From: Camelus dromedarius
Lineage: Eukaryota
Direction of reading: 5' to 3'
NCBI RefSeq assembly: GCF_036321535.1
Contig: NC_087436.1
Coordinates: forward strand, 18,788,001 to 18,852,000
DNA: 64,000 nucleotides
The notes under the pieces: generated by a model
What the model saw: the letters and a program-made list of their open reading frames with translations, nothing else
Told to the model about the DNA's origin: nothing
Databases searched by the model: none
Program-made: the position numbers and the translations under genes
Shown: in pieces, positions 11,322 to 24,236 of the stretch
Numbering within the stretch: position 1 is the first letter of the stretch
Layout: every line of letters begins with the position of its first letter

Positions 11322-13064
11322 AGCCATTGCTTCTTGCATGGGGAGGGGTGAGGAAGGCCGGCTATGGACAGTGCTGTTGTATCCTTGAGAGATGGTGATT
11401 AACTGAGAAGTCACATTAGCTGCCTGATTGATTCTCATTTGCAGATGGTTGGAAGGCAAATTTCCACACCTCTAAGGGTTAGAATTTATTACGAATGCCT
11501 CTGGTTCTGTCTCAGTTCCTGCAGACAATATAAAGACGTACTTGAGGAAAGCACGCACCCTTTCATTTTGAAGTTATTTATAACAGCTGAAAATCCACAA
11601 CTTGAAAAGACTTGAAAGTATATATTCTCCTTTGAGAGAACGTAAACATTTGACTTTTCTTTCTGGAAGAAATAAAAGATGAAAAAGCCTTATTTCAGTC
11701 TTCACCCTGGATTTAATTACTTTGGAGCCTCCTCCCATGCTTTTGGCCTATTTGGCAATCTGCATTTATGAATCATCTGAAAAACAAGTGGGTGGGCAAT
11801 TATAAATGATTTTGAAAAACAAAGATACGATTGTGAAGCATTTGTTCTCCATGTATTTTGATTTCAGCTGTGTGAAATTTCTTGATCTGGTGCAGTGTCA
11901 TATGTAAAAGTGACATAGGGGCTATAAAATGTTTTGCTTTGAATAATTAAAGTTAATTCTTTGTGTTTCTCAGACTGTAAACATTCTGGGTGGAATACTA
12001 AACATGATGGAGAGCTGTTTTATGCTCTGGAGGAACACCATTTGAAAAATTCCTTTGTGTTTTTTTCTGTCTACCCCATGAAAATGTCATCACAGCAATA
12101 AAGCTGTGTATAAAAAGAATAGTGTACAAAATGGTACATTAAGTGTATATCCTCAAATTTTAATGCACACTTAATGTAATCTATTCCAAAGAATAGAAGT
12201 ATTTATACAACGGGCTGGTTCTCACCTTCCTTGAATGCTAAAAGAAAAATTCATTTAGCAGATTAGAAAAGGACTCAAAGTATGAATATAAAAATCCAGA
12301 CTGGTGAATCAATGGATGGGTCAAACCACAAATATCCAAGCAATGTACATAGATTTTTCTGTTGCTGCAAATGTTTCTACTGATTAAGAAAGATTGCATT
12401 TCAGGTCTTCTGCTTTAAACTTGGTTGCCTCTTTCTTTTCAGTTTTATAGTCCTCAGAGAACTAAGCTTTGCAACTTTGTCATTCTAAAACTCTCCACAA
12501 CAGTTTTCTCTTTAATATATAACAAATACTAGCTAACTGTAAAGAAAATCTAACACATTCTGGATTAATAGTCACTATGTATGGCAAAAGAAATTCAAGG
12601 AAGTGTTCTTAAATATTCCACATGCACACAGGATGGAAATGAGTGAAAGCCAGGTAGGTAACTAATGGCTGGGTTTTTTTATTCTTGTTGTTTGTTGTGT
12701 ACATGGAATTACATTTTATGGTGGATACTATATCAGGCAGTCAAAAAATAATAATTTACTTTAAATGAGTAAATAAGGTTACTTATTAAATTCCTATTGA
12801 ATTTTACTCTCTCTAAATCTCCTTCTGTAAATGGCATACAGCTCTAAATAGTGTGCAAGCTATGTACAGAAATGACTCCAAATATACTGTAAATGTTGCA
12901 ATAGAATGGAGATGGTTAAGGATTCCTGTGAGCCAGCTGGTTAATATACTGATGATAAAGGACTCGAGGACAAGAATTTTTGGTGAAAATAGAAATAGAA
13001 ATTTTCTAAGAGTATTTTGAAGGAAAAACTAAGGGAAGCGTGAATTAGTCTGGACCGTTGATGG

Positions 13065-13260
13065 ATAATGATGCTAGAATTTGCATGCTTACTATGTACC
13101 AGGAATTGTTCTAAACACATTAGATGCATTTAAAAAGAGCTTTGTGCAGTAGGTAGTATCACCTGCCTTTTACAGGTACAGAAATTTTTAATCATCTGCT
13201 GACAAAACTAGTGGAATAGAGTGGAGACTTGGGCAGTCTGGTAATCACTGTGCTATACTG
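13065..13260 (-). mobile_element. MIR SINE
   Basis: 'gcttactatgtaccaggaattgttctaaacac...gtaggtagtatc...ttttacaggtacagaaa'. Confidence 0.65.
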
Positions 13261-13907
13261 CTTGCAAGTGACAGTGCGGGGAGTTTGGGGGGGTAAATTG
13301 TATCAAGAGAGCTAGCTTTTCCCCACTACAACTTCTGTCCTCCTCTTAGAGTTTGAAGCTTTGGTATTCAAAATCCGAAGACCCCTCGATCTGTGTTACA
13401 CACCTTCTCCTTGGGGTCTCATCATTGGGATGTGGTTAAAGGTGACTGATTGGCTATAAATGTTGATTGTCTCTTCCTCCTGAGATCCAGTCATGTGATA
13501 GTAAAGAAGTAAACATTGTATAGACTCAAGCAGACAGAAAGCCATAGCATGCGAAGGGGAATGCAAATGAGAAAAGGGTTGATGCTTCTGGCAGAGCCTT
13601 TGCCAGAGAAGATTCTGGAAAAGGGCAGGGCTGAAAGTAGAAGCATTGCTTGAAAGTCAGTACTGAGACCAGAATGCAGACACCCAGTTCTCTAGCATTC
13701 AAACTGAAGACCAAAGTGTTCTTTTGTGAAGAGTTGAACTTAAGAGGTGGAGGATTCAGAGACCCCAGTTTCCCTCTGCACCTCCCTTCTGTGGAACACC
13801 TGTAGTTGGAGTCTACGCACAGGACAAGAGAACAGAAATCACTTTTTTGAAGATGTTAAATGACCTCAGAAGGCAATGGCAAAAAAGCAAGTTTGTGCTT
13901 CCAACGG

Positions 13908-13989
13908 GTGTGTGTGTATGTGTGTGTGAGAGAGAGAGAGAGAGAGATCCACACATGTGGGGGTATATATATATATATATATATATATA
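13908..13989. repeat. Compound microsatellite (TG)n(AG)n ... (TA)n
   Basis: Directly visible. Confidence 0.95.
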
Positions 13990-14023
13990 ATCTCCTGACC
14001 ATTCTCCCATGGAGATAACAAAA

Positions 14024-14466
14024 TGTGTGGTCTCTGCACCTTCCCCATGAATCTGGGAAGGGGCTTGTGATGACAGCTCCAACCAATATGGCTGAAGTGA
14101 TGCTTTGCACCTTCCAGGGCTAGATAATAAAAAGGATACAGCTATATAGCTTTTACCTGGAGATCTCTCCCTCTCTCTCTCAGTTCACTGCTTTGTGAGC
14201 CCTGAGCCAACATGTAAATAATGTGACTTCCCTGAAACTGCCAGGCTGGAGAGATCACATGGAGAGATTGCACAGAGATAGGGACAGATGTCCAAGGAGC
14301 CCTAAGTATTGTAGCCCCCAGCCCTTGAGCTGCTCTAGATAATGCTAAGCAGAGTGGAGACCAGATGTCCCTGAGAGCCCTGCCCCAATTCCAGATTCAT
14401 AAGCAAACCCAGTATTGCATTTGTTATAAGCCACTGCATTGTTATGCAGCATTAGCTAACCTGCAT
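14024..14466 (+). mobile_element. MaLR LTR (MLT1-type)
   Basis: 'ccaaccaatatggctgaagtgatgctttgcaccttccaggg' and 3' end 'ttataagccactgcattgttatgcagcattagctaac'. Confidence 0.75.
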
Positions 14467-14599
14467 ACCCACCTGCTAAGACTGGGGGCTCTAGAGTGGC
14501 CTAAAGGGAAGTTCTACCCCAGAATCTTCTTAATCAGTAATCCTCATTTATAATTAGAGTTTCCATTTTCTTGGTGCCTTAGTGTCTTACTGTTAAATA

Positions 14600-15960
14600 T
14601 GTTTGAACAATCACCGACCACTATCCACTTGAAGAAATCTTCGCTCTAGAAACAGAAAGACAAAATAAACAAATGTAATGAACCCAGAAAACAAAGATAA
14701 TTCAGGAAACAGAAGAAGCATTCCACTTTGCATATTCAGAGATACGATTACTATACTCTTAAAACAATAAGAAGATGCTATGAAAAAGGAGGAATTAGCA
14801 AAAGAGACAGAAATTTTGCAAGTTTGATTTGTAATTGCTGAAGTAAAGTATTGAGTAAAATAGTTGGAAGGTAGTCAAAGAAACCTACCAGAGGGTGGAA
14901 GGAGAAAGAGATTGATTATTTTAAAAACATAATGCAAAACTAGTTTATTTATGATGTCTGAAGTTTAAATGAAAGGAGTCCGAGAAATAAAAAACTAATA
15001 ACAAAGTTGGAAAATCATCACAAAGTAATAGAGTAATACTTCCTGAACAGATGGATATGGGTCCTGTGAGTAGCCAGTAGTGAGACTGAAAAAGATCCAC
15101 TGCAAACCACTTGATTATGGACCAAGGATACAGAGGAAGATTCTAAAGGTTTCTAGAGAGGAAAGATAAAATCAAGTCGCCCAAGGTATAAGCATCAGAA
15201 TAGCATCTGATTTCTCACTATACTGGGTACTAGAAGGTGGTGAAGTGCTTCACAGTTTTGAGTGATAATGGTTTCCTACTTACAACTCCGTATCTGATCG
15301 TATTATCAGTAGAGTGTTAGCTAAAAATGAAGACATTCTCACACGTGTGAGGATTCAGGCACTCATGCATTCTTCCAGAGTGTCTAGTGAATGTCCTTCA
15401 TCCCAGTGAAGAAATAAATAGAAAAAGGAAGACATAGTTTCCAAGAAACGGTGAATATAAGTCAAAAGAGCAGTAAAATGCTCAAGATGACACCTGGCCA
15501 GCAGCCGTTAGTTAAGACTGGAGCAGGAAGTTTGGGGGCTCCAGGAAGGAGATGACCTGGAAATGAAGGGGACTTATTAGAACATACGACATAATAGTGC
15601 ATGGGGTGGGGGTGGGGAGAACATATAGATGGAAGCCATGATGGAGCATTTGGGAAGAATAAATATATATGTGTTGAAAATTATGTAAATCAAGAAACAA
15701 GGCAACTATTAAATTCAGGAAAAGAGGTATAAAGAGAAATAAGAGAGAAAATGTAATCTTTTAATAAAACCATTTTATATCACTTGGCTCTGGAGTGAAT
15801 AGTATTTATGTAGTCAATTTTGTAAACATTAATTATTAATTTAACCCAAAATAGTGACGTAATTATATTAGGATGACAGGGGAGGGGAGGTCAGTGGTAC
15901 AAGAGCGTTCACTACTATTCCATCGTAATAGGAAGTCAATAAAGTCTAACATCGATTAAT
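14600..15960 (+). mobile_element. Ancient L1-ORF1-like element (HAL1/L1ME-type), highly degraded; probably resumes at ~16970-17060
   Basis: A-rich ORF1-like text: 'gaagattctaaaggtttctagagag', 'atcagaatagcatctgatttctca' (IRIASDFS), 'aaaatgaagacattctcac'. No ORF2 follows. Confidence 0.55.
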
Positions 15961-15989
15961 AAGGAACCAGTCAGAAAAAAGAGTTAATT

Positions 15990-16965
15990 TGCCAATCTGA
16001 TGACCCATAAAACCTGAACTATTTTAGTGTATACTTCCTTCAAACAAGGACGTTATCCCATATGACCATAATTCAGTCATGTTCAGATGGGGTTTTAACA
16101 TCAATTCACTTCTGTCAAATGTTACTTGGACCCTAGTTGAAGTTTGTTAATCTTTTTTTATTTTTAATTCAAAGAGGACTATATTGTAAAGAAGAGACTT
16201 ACATTTGAGGTATCAGGAAAAAATAAACAATCTTGACAAATTGTGGACTTAAATAAATGGTTTATATGAACATTTCTTATGGCCACTTTCACTAATTTGT
16301 GTGTTGGGTGTTACACTAAATCTTAACTCAGTGAAGACAGTATTTTTTGAGCACCCAAGATAATATAATGCAAGTATTTTGATTCATGATGTCTTTTTTA
16401 AAAAATAAAGATTTTCTCATTGTGCTAGCATTCTCTTTTTTGACACTGTTTTCTTTAATTTTTTTTCATTGAAGTATAGTCAGTTTACCATGTTGTATTA
16501 ATTTCTGGTGTGCAGCCTAGTGGTTCAGTTATACATACATATGTTCCTTTTCATAGTTTTTCATTATAAGCCATTGCAAGGTATTGAATATAGTTCCCTG
16601 TGCTACACAGTAGGATCTTGTTGTTTAAGTTCATTTTGTGTTGACATTTAATTTGATACTGTCCTTTGTACCCAAAGTCCATTTAGAAAAACGTATTGCA
16701 TTTACTTGTCATGTCTCAGTTTGAAATAATAATTCCTCAGTCTTCCCTTGATTTTTATGAGCTTGACATTTACAAAAAGTTACACACCAATAATTTTTTA
16801 TTTGATGGCTTCTCGTGATTATATTTAGTCATGAATTTTGGCAGGACTATCACAGAAATGATGCCTGTGCCTTTCATTGCATTCTATCCTGTGGTATCAT
16901 TTACCTTCTGTCCCACTATGATAATGTTAACATTTGTTCACTCGATTAAAGTGGTATCTGCTGAA
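15990..16965 (-). mobile_element. Old L1 (L1MC-type) 3' fragments, interrupted
   Basis: 'ttccttcaaacaaggacg', 'tattgcatttacttgtcatgtctc', 'tttggcaggactatcacagaaatgatg', 'gattaaagtggtatctgc'. Confidence 0.6.
16457..16626 (-). mobile_element. 5'-truncated artiodactyl-type L1 3' end
   Basis: Poly-T, then 'ttgaagtatagtcagtttaccatgttgtattaatttctggtgt...tattgaatatagttccctgtgctacacagtagga'. Confidence 0.85.
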
Positions 16966-17887
16966 TTTAAAAAAAGTGGAGACAACTTCCAGGAGAAATA
17001 GCTAAAAGAGGTAACAGTGATGGATGGTGGAGAGTGAGGTCAGGTGTTGGAGGAGGTCAGGAATTGCTGCTTTGCATTGTAAGTGGAGTAAATTTATGTA
17101 TTTGTTTACCTGCAGCAGCTCTGGTTTATACTTTGTGTCCTATGTCCTGTTTGGGTTAATATTTGTGCCAGACAAAAATGTCCCAGTTTGCAGAATAAAT
17201 TATATGGTCACTTTAATCATAAACATTTTGGTTTAACTTGATATTTTAAAAGGATGTGTTTATTCCCGTGTTATAAATTTAGAAAAGGAAGACTTACAAA
17301 TAGAAAAAATGCATATTGGTTTGTGATGTTGTCTTTGGACAAAGAGGTAGTGAAAGCTAAGAAGCACGTATACTATTAGTTGAAATGGTTGAGGAGTGGG
17401 AGGGGCAATGCTGACACGGCGCTTACATCACCCTTCCTGCTGTCCTCGTGTAACAGTTGCACAAATATATCATAAGCTTCTCATCCGATGACTGACAGGA
17501 ACAGACTACTAGTACTATTTCAGGAAGATGGGCAATAGTTGGAAACCATGCAGAATTGGGAACTTTGGGAATATCAAAATAAATGCTGGCCCAAGAAAGT
17601 AAATACTTTGTTGACATGAGGAAAACCTTCTCTATGTGTGACTTTAAACCCTGCTTGGAGTGAGTAGGCAGAAACTTAATATTTAACCAGGATTATAGCA
17701 TGTTCTGAGAAGACCGAGGGGTAGAATGAGGATAAAACCTGTGTTCCCTCTCTTCTCCACACACAGGTGCCTGAAGACTACTACAACCAGCGTGTTAATC
17801 ATTGGAAATATTGGAAATATGTGTCCCAAATCCCAACACACAAAACTAGTTTTCCTTGTGGTGGGGGAGGTGAAGTGGAGATGGATT

Positions 17888-19850
17888 GAAGTTTTGATGG
17901 AGTCAAATTTACTGGTCTGTTTTTCTCTTACTGTTTGTGCTTCTTGTGTTATACTTAAGAAACCTTTGCCAAACTCAAGGGCACTAAAATCTTTCCTTGT
18001 TTTTTGGAGAAGTTGTATAGTTTTAGCTTTTACATTCATTATTCAATCTCTTTTGAGTCAATTTTTGTAAATGATGTGAAATAAGAGTCAAGGTTATTTA
18101 TTATTATTTTTTTTGCATAAGGCTCTCCAATAATTTCAGCACTATTTGTTGAAATAATTTTTCCTTCCTCAGTGAATTGTCCTAGTACCTTGGTTCAAAA
18201 TGAATTGACCATGATGTGTAGAGATATTTCTGAATTTTATTCTGTTCCATTGATTTATTTGTCTCTCTTTATAATCTGTCTTGATTACTGTTATCAGTCT
18301 TGAAACAAGTAGTGGTGTGGAAATATTCCAAATTTGTATCTTTTTAGCCAAAGATTTTTGGCAATTTTAGGTTCTTTGGTTTCCCATATAAATATAATAA
18401 TAAGCTTGTCAATTTCTATAGAAAAGAACACTTGGATTTTGATTGAGATTATATTGAAGCTATACATCAATTTGGTGAGAATTGATGTTTTAGAGTAGAG
18501 TCTTCTAATCCTTCAGTGTGATGTATTTCTCCATTTACTTAATTAAAAAATTATTTCAGTACTTTATTGTAGTTGTCAGTGTATAAGTCACACATCTATT
18601 TTCAGATTTATCCCTCTGTGTTTCATATTTTGATATTCCTGTAAATTATATGTATCTTATATCAGTTATGACTGTTGGTATTACTTAGATACACAGCTTA
18701 TTTTTGTATATTGGCCTCATATCCTACAACATTGCTAAATTCACTTATTAGTTCTAATAGTTTTTTTTGTAGCTTCTGTAGGATTTTCTACATTAATAGT
18801 TATGTTTATAAATGAAAGTTTCATTTTTCCCTCCAAATTACTTAATTTTTTTGTTTCTTTTTCTTGCCTTATTGCACTGACTGGAGCCTCCAATATACTG
18901 AACAGAAGTAAATGAGAGTAGACAACTGGATTTTATCAAATGCTTTTTCTCTATCTATTGAGGTGATCATAAGATTTTTCTTTTTAGTTTACTAAGGCAG
19001 TGATTTAGGTTGACTGGTTTTGGCTGTTAAACTAACCTTGCATTCCTGAAATAAACACCACTTAATCATAATGTATTATCCCTTTTATGTATTGATGGAG
19101 TTAATTTTCAAAAATTAAAAAAAAATTTTTTGCATCTACATCCATGAAGAATATTAGTTTGTAGTTATCTTATATTGTAATATCTTTGTCTGGTTTTAGT
19201 ACATGGTTAAGCCTGGCCTCACCAACTGAGTTTTACATTTTACTTATTTGTTATTTTCTGAAAAAGTTTCTGTAGTTTGTGTTCCTTTTTCCTGAAATGT
19301 TTGGAGAATTAAGCAATGAGCCCATCTGGGCCAGGAGTTTTCATTGTTAGAGTGTTTATAACTACAAACTTAATACATATTCAGATGATCTATTATTTCT
19401 TGAATAAGCATTGTCCATTTCATCAAAGTTTTAACTTTAATGGAAAAATATTGTTAAAAATATTCTCTATAATCATTTTAATATTTGTGTCACTTTTATA
19501 GTTGTGTCACCCCTCTCATTCCTGATAATAATAATTTGTATCTTCTCTCATTTATTTCCTGATCCATATGATCTTGTTGCAGATACAGTGTTTGTTTCTT
19601 AAAATCTTCTCTATTGTTTTTCAGTTTTGTTGATTTCTGCTCCTCTCTTTTTTCTGTTTTAATGTTTATTTTAGATTTAACTTGCTTTCCCCCCCCAGGT
19701 TCTTAAGGTAGAAACTGAGCATAGTGATTTGAGACCTTTCTTCTTTTCTAGTACTGGCATTTAGTGCTAAAAATTTCCCTCAAACTGCTAACTTAGCTGG
19801 ATGCCACAAATTTTGCTATGTTGTGTTTTCATCATAATTCAGTTCCAAAG
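17888..19850 (-). mobile_element. Old L1 ORF2 fragment with internal deletions
   Basis: Continuous antisense L1 ORF2 text, e.g. 'ttttgattgagattatattgaagctatacatcaatttgg', 'ccttgcattcctgaaataaacaccact', 'gcccatctgggccaggagttttc'. Confidence 0.85.
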
Positions 19851-20149
19851 TGATCATCATTTTGAAAACATTTCTGTAACTAATTAGGTTTGTATCTCCC
19901 ACTCAGAGGACAAGTAAGGGCATTTTGTTTTAACAACAATGGAAGCTTAAATTATCGTACAGGAGCTATATATGAGGTGAGATGATTGAGCACTGTGAGG
20001 GGGTGGGATGTATCAGATACGTTTTATGTATCTCAGATCATTTGGTTTCACCTCTTTCTAGAGTCTTTGGACATTTCTTGCACTGAGCTATTGCAGCCAC
20101 TGACTTAACAAGGGAAAATATGGCAGTGCTTTGCTTTATGCTTGTGCTG

Positions 20150-20550
20150 TGTGCCTTTCACCTCTTATCCTGTGGTGTCCTTGTTGCTGCTGAAGTGTGA
20201 GAGTGCAGGAACCACTTGGTCCAATGTGTAGCCCAGAGGTACAGGGGAGTCAATGTCAGTGGGGAGAAACTTCATTCAGTAAGAGATGCTAACCGGGGGA
20301 CAGACTTTTCCTCATTTCTTCCCTTGGATGGATTGTTCTGAGATAGTAATTTATACACCTATTCGGAGGTAGTTACAGAAGACAGAACAATCCAAGAACC
20401 TTATAAACTACTTGCATTTGCTTTCCCTCCTCTTTGACTTTTCGCCTTTGCCTCACTCCTGCTTTTCTAGGCTTGTGCTTCCTAATAAAGGAGTGGAGTA
20501 ATAGGCTTTTGCCTTCAATTCTGCTTTCTGGGAGACTGAGACTAAGGCAG
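20150..20550 (+). mobile_element. Old MaLR/ERVL-type LTR remnant
   Basis: 3' end 'cctaataaagg...ttctgctttctgggagactgagactaaggca'. Confidence 0.55.
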
Positions 20551-20693
20551 AAGGCAATCAACAAATTAGAAATCAGCACTTATTATTTCCAATTAATTTT
20601 TATTAAAGTTATTTTATTTTCATCAAGGCCTACTATGACTGAGAAAATCAAGATAAAGGCATACAAAGTTATGACTAATTTTAACTTAGCCAC

Positions 20694-21089
20694 TGTTGGA
20701 GGAGGTCATGGAGAAGACGTGACCACTGGTTGACCCCCAAGCTGGTCTTAGGCAAATGGAGCCTCCCCGCCCTCTCCCCGTCTTTGGAATGTTTGTTCCA
20801 CCCACCATTCCCATAGTAGGAACTGTTTCAAAGACATAGCCTTGAGAGAGTAAGGTGTTGTTAAGACCATCTGGACTAAATATGTGACTGAATCGAGCTA
20901 AGGCTTCTATATAAACTTTTAACATTCTGGCAGACAGGTGGGGAGATTTGCTCATCTTGTGGCCACCCAAGCCAAGCCGTGGATGTAAGTTCCCTTGATT
21001 ATTAAACCTGCAGCCCTCTAATCAGGAAAGGTCTGCCTCTTTCTTTGGGGGCTTACTCTTTGCTTCGGGGGCCAGTTTGTGAACCAACA
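20694..21089 (+). mobile_element. Solo LTR (396 bp), probably ERVL class
   Basis: Perfect terminal inverted repeat TGTTGG...CCAACA, 5-bp TSD gccac/gccag, TATATAAA at 20908-20915, ATTAAA at 21001-21006. Confidence 0.85.
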
Positions 21090-21733
21090 GCCAGTGTTAT
21101 TCTTTTGAAACTGACCCATTATTAGAATTTTTTTCTCCACTCAGTATTGATTCAACTGTTGCTTTCTTCTTCTGATTTTATTTCCTTCTCATGTACAGTG
21201 TTTTGCATTTTGAGTTTGGGTGTCTGGCATCAGGGAGCAGGTGTTGGGACTTTCCAAACTCTTTTTTAGGGTTAGAGCCCTTACAGTTTTCTACATGAAT
21301 TGCACTGTTTGAAAGGTGGGTACTCACTGAGGCTGAGTCTATGGTAACCTCTGTTTTTTTAAAAAACCACCTTTCTCTTTAATCACTTTCATGTCAGTCT
21401 CCTTCTCTTTGCCCTGAGCTGCTTATATTGATATTGGAGAAAGGTAAGAGGAACTATGTACGTTATGAACAATCTCTGTGGAAGATCATAAATTGTCACT
21501 TGTAAACTAGTGTCTGCGTGACTGGATTTCTTTTGTGGTTGCTACAGTTCTTTCTGGGTTTGGTTTTTTGCTCTTTTCTCCTTGTCCTATGACTAATACT
21601 GGTGTAAACCTCTGTCTACTGGCAAACTTCTGTTGACAGTGAGAGCCAAGATTTCTTAAAGTGGAACTACAGCTAATCTGATATTTGAGAAGAATAAAGC
21701 ATAGGGGAAGGGGTGGTGATATAAATATGTGTT

Positions 21734-21868
21734 TAAAAAATTCGGGGGGTGGTTGGGGGAGGTAATTAGGTTTACTTATTTATCTTAATGGAGGTACTGG
21801 GGATTGAACCAAGGACCTTGTACATGCTAAGCACAGTGCTCTACCACTGAGCTGTGCCCTTCCCACCC
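21734..21868 (-). mobile_element. Vic-1-like tRNA-derived SINE
   Basis: 'ggaggtactggggattgaaccaaggaccttgtacatgctaagcac...ctctaccactgagct'. TSD taaatatgt(g/c)tt at 21722-21733 and 21871-21882. Confidence 0.9.
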
Positions 21869-23109
21869 GTTAAATATGTCTTATGTTATCTCTTCATTAC
21901 AAAATTAATAAATGCTCACTAGGAAAAATGTGAAAAATTTGAAAAATAGAAGACAGTATCACTAATAGCTCAACAGAAGAGAATCACTGTTGGCATTTTA
22001 ATCATTTTGCTGAGTATGTTATTTTTTATGACTATTATCACACAAAATGTAATACATCAATGTTTTCAAAAACATATTTTCTGACTTAAAAAGTACACAT
22101 GCTTGGTGTAGCAAATTTGAAAAATAAGATATTTTTGATAAAAAAAATTAAAATCATTGTGAATTATATCATCTGAGATAATGAATTTCAATATTTAACT
22201 TATTTCTTTAGAATGTTTTACATGCAAAACACTATTCAGAAATAAGCATTTCTTAAAAAATTTTAATAATACTCTAGATAAGAAATATCAACAACTTTAC
22301 ATGATAGCTTTCATTAAATCTGAGTTATCTAAACCTTAACAAAAGTGAACTTCATTTGTTTTATCCCTACTTATAAAGACTAAGTTGTAAGGGCAAATAA
22401 TTACAATCAGGCTATTTGAAAAAATATGCCTAATAACTTTTTAATATCAGCAATATAAAGGAGGAGGTCAGAACACTTAGTATTTCTCAGAAAGCAAATA
22501 TATTATTTTAAAGTTTTCAGAGGAAACTTGAAGAGTCAATGTTAGAATCCACAAGAATAAAAGGCTGAATTAATAATAATGCCATCAATCTGGTTGATGT
22601 AGAACTAGGAAAAGGAACACAATTATACCGTAAGACAGACAGATGGACACTTAATGACAGATAGATACACATATACATTCCTGTAAAGACTGAAGACAAA
22701 ACTGGCTTAAAGTGACTACCTGGAAAAATCTATTAAGGCAGTTCAGGTCTTATGTACACTCACATGCATAGGCTAGTCTATAGCAAGCTGTCCTAATTTT
22801 ATTGCGGTTGTTAGTTTCTTAAAAGACAACTGTATTAGACTTTATACTAGTATGCAGCCTTTGTTTATCTTGCATTTCCTAGTAGGGATCCAGGCTAGAG
22901 CAATACTTTTCATTATTTGGGAAGTTCTAAATATTTAGGAATCATGTGGTTCCTTTCTCCTAGAGGGGAGTCTTAACGCTCCAACTTTGCATTTTTGTTA
23001 AAGCCTTCCAGCTAACGTGATTGTAAGAGCAAAATATTAGTTAAGTGTTCAGTACAAATGTCTTTGCACATTTCGCATTTGGTTACAAAGACAGGTTTAT
23101 GAAGATGTA

Positions 23110-23650
23110 ATTTTTTAAAGTAAACTTTTCTATTTTAATGGAATTGCAGATTCACATGAAGTTGTAGAAACACTACAGAGAGATCCGATTACCTAATACA
23201 TTCTACCTAGATTTCCCCAATGGTTATGTCTTACAACATACAGTATCACAAGATATTGATGTTGATAAAATGCACCAATTTTATTCATAGTTCCTTAGTT
23301 TTATTTGTACTCATATATACCCACTCTACACAACAGTCAAGATGAAAATCAGTTAGGTCACCACAAGGATCCCTCATTTTGCCTTTTTCTAACCATGTTC
23401 ATTTCCATCCCACCCCCTCTCCTGCTCCTAATCCCTGGTAACCTTTAATTGTTTATTTCTAAAATTTTGTCATTTCAAGAATATTATGTATGATAGTTAA
23501 AGAATCACAGGAAGTTGCAAAGATAGTATGAAGCAGCCATGAGTACATTTTACTTAAATATCTAGCAAACCCACAAAACTGATGTTTTACAATACATGTT
23601 GAGTTCTGTGCCATATTATTACATGTGTAGATTTATGCAGTCACTGTTAC
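23110..23650 (-). mobile_element. Old L1 (L1MC-type) 3' end fragments
   Basis: 'aattgcagattcacatgaagttgtagaaacactacagagagatcc', 'ccctggtaacctttaatt...aaaattttgtcatttcaagaat'. Confidence 0.7.
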
Positions 23651-23745
23651 TGATTATCGGTGAGTTTTGTTAAAAAATAAATACATAAAATTGGAAAGAG
23701 TGTGAAATATTCATGGAGAAAATCCCAATAAACCTTTAAAAATAT

Positions 23746-24236
23746 TGTGATGGTTGTAGATGTGTCCACAAATTCTTTAATATGCCTCCCTTCCCATCCC
23801 ATCTTACTGAGTGTGGGCTCTACTTAGTGACCAACTTCCATCAAAAAGAATAAAGTGGTAATAACAGTATGCAACTTTAGAAACTAGGTCATAGGGGGCT
23901 CCATGCTCTGTCTTGGAATACTCACTTGGTGGATGTTAGCTGCCATTTTGTGAGCAGCCATATGGAGATGCCCTTGTGTTGAGCAACTGAGGCTTCCTGC
24001 AAAATCGCCGTGTGTGTACACCATCTTGGAAGCGAATCCTCCAGCCTCAGTAAAGCTTTCTAACATGGCTTTGATTGACTTGACTATAGCCTCTTGAGAG
24101 AATCAGAGCCACAGTTGTTCAGCTATGTGGCTCACAGGTTCCTGAACCCAGAAATGATGTGAGATAATAAATATTTGTTGTCTTAAGCCACTAAATTTTG
24201 CAGTAATTTGTTCTGTAGCAATATACAACTAATCCA
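23746..24236 (+). mobile_element. MaLR LTR (MLT1F-like)
   Basis: Starts TGTGATGG. 3' end 'gagataataaatatttgttgtcttaagccactaaattttgcagtaatttgttctgtagcaatatacaactaatcca'. Confidence 0.85.
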
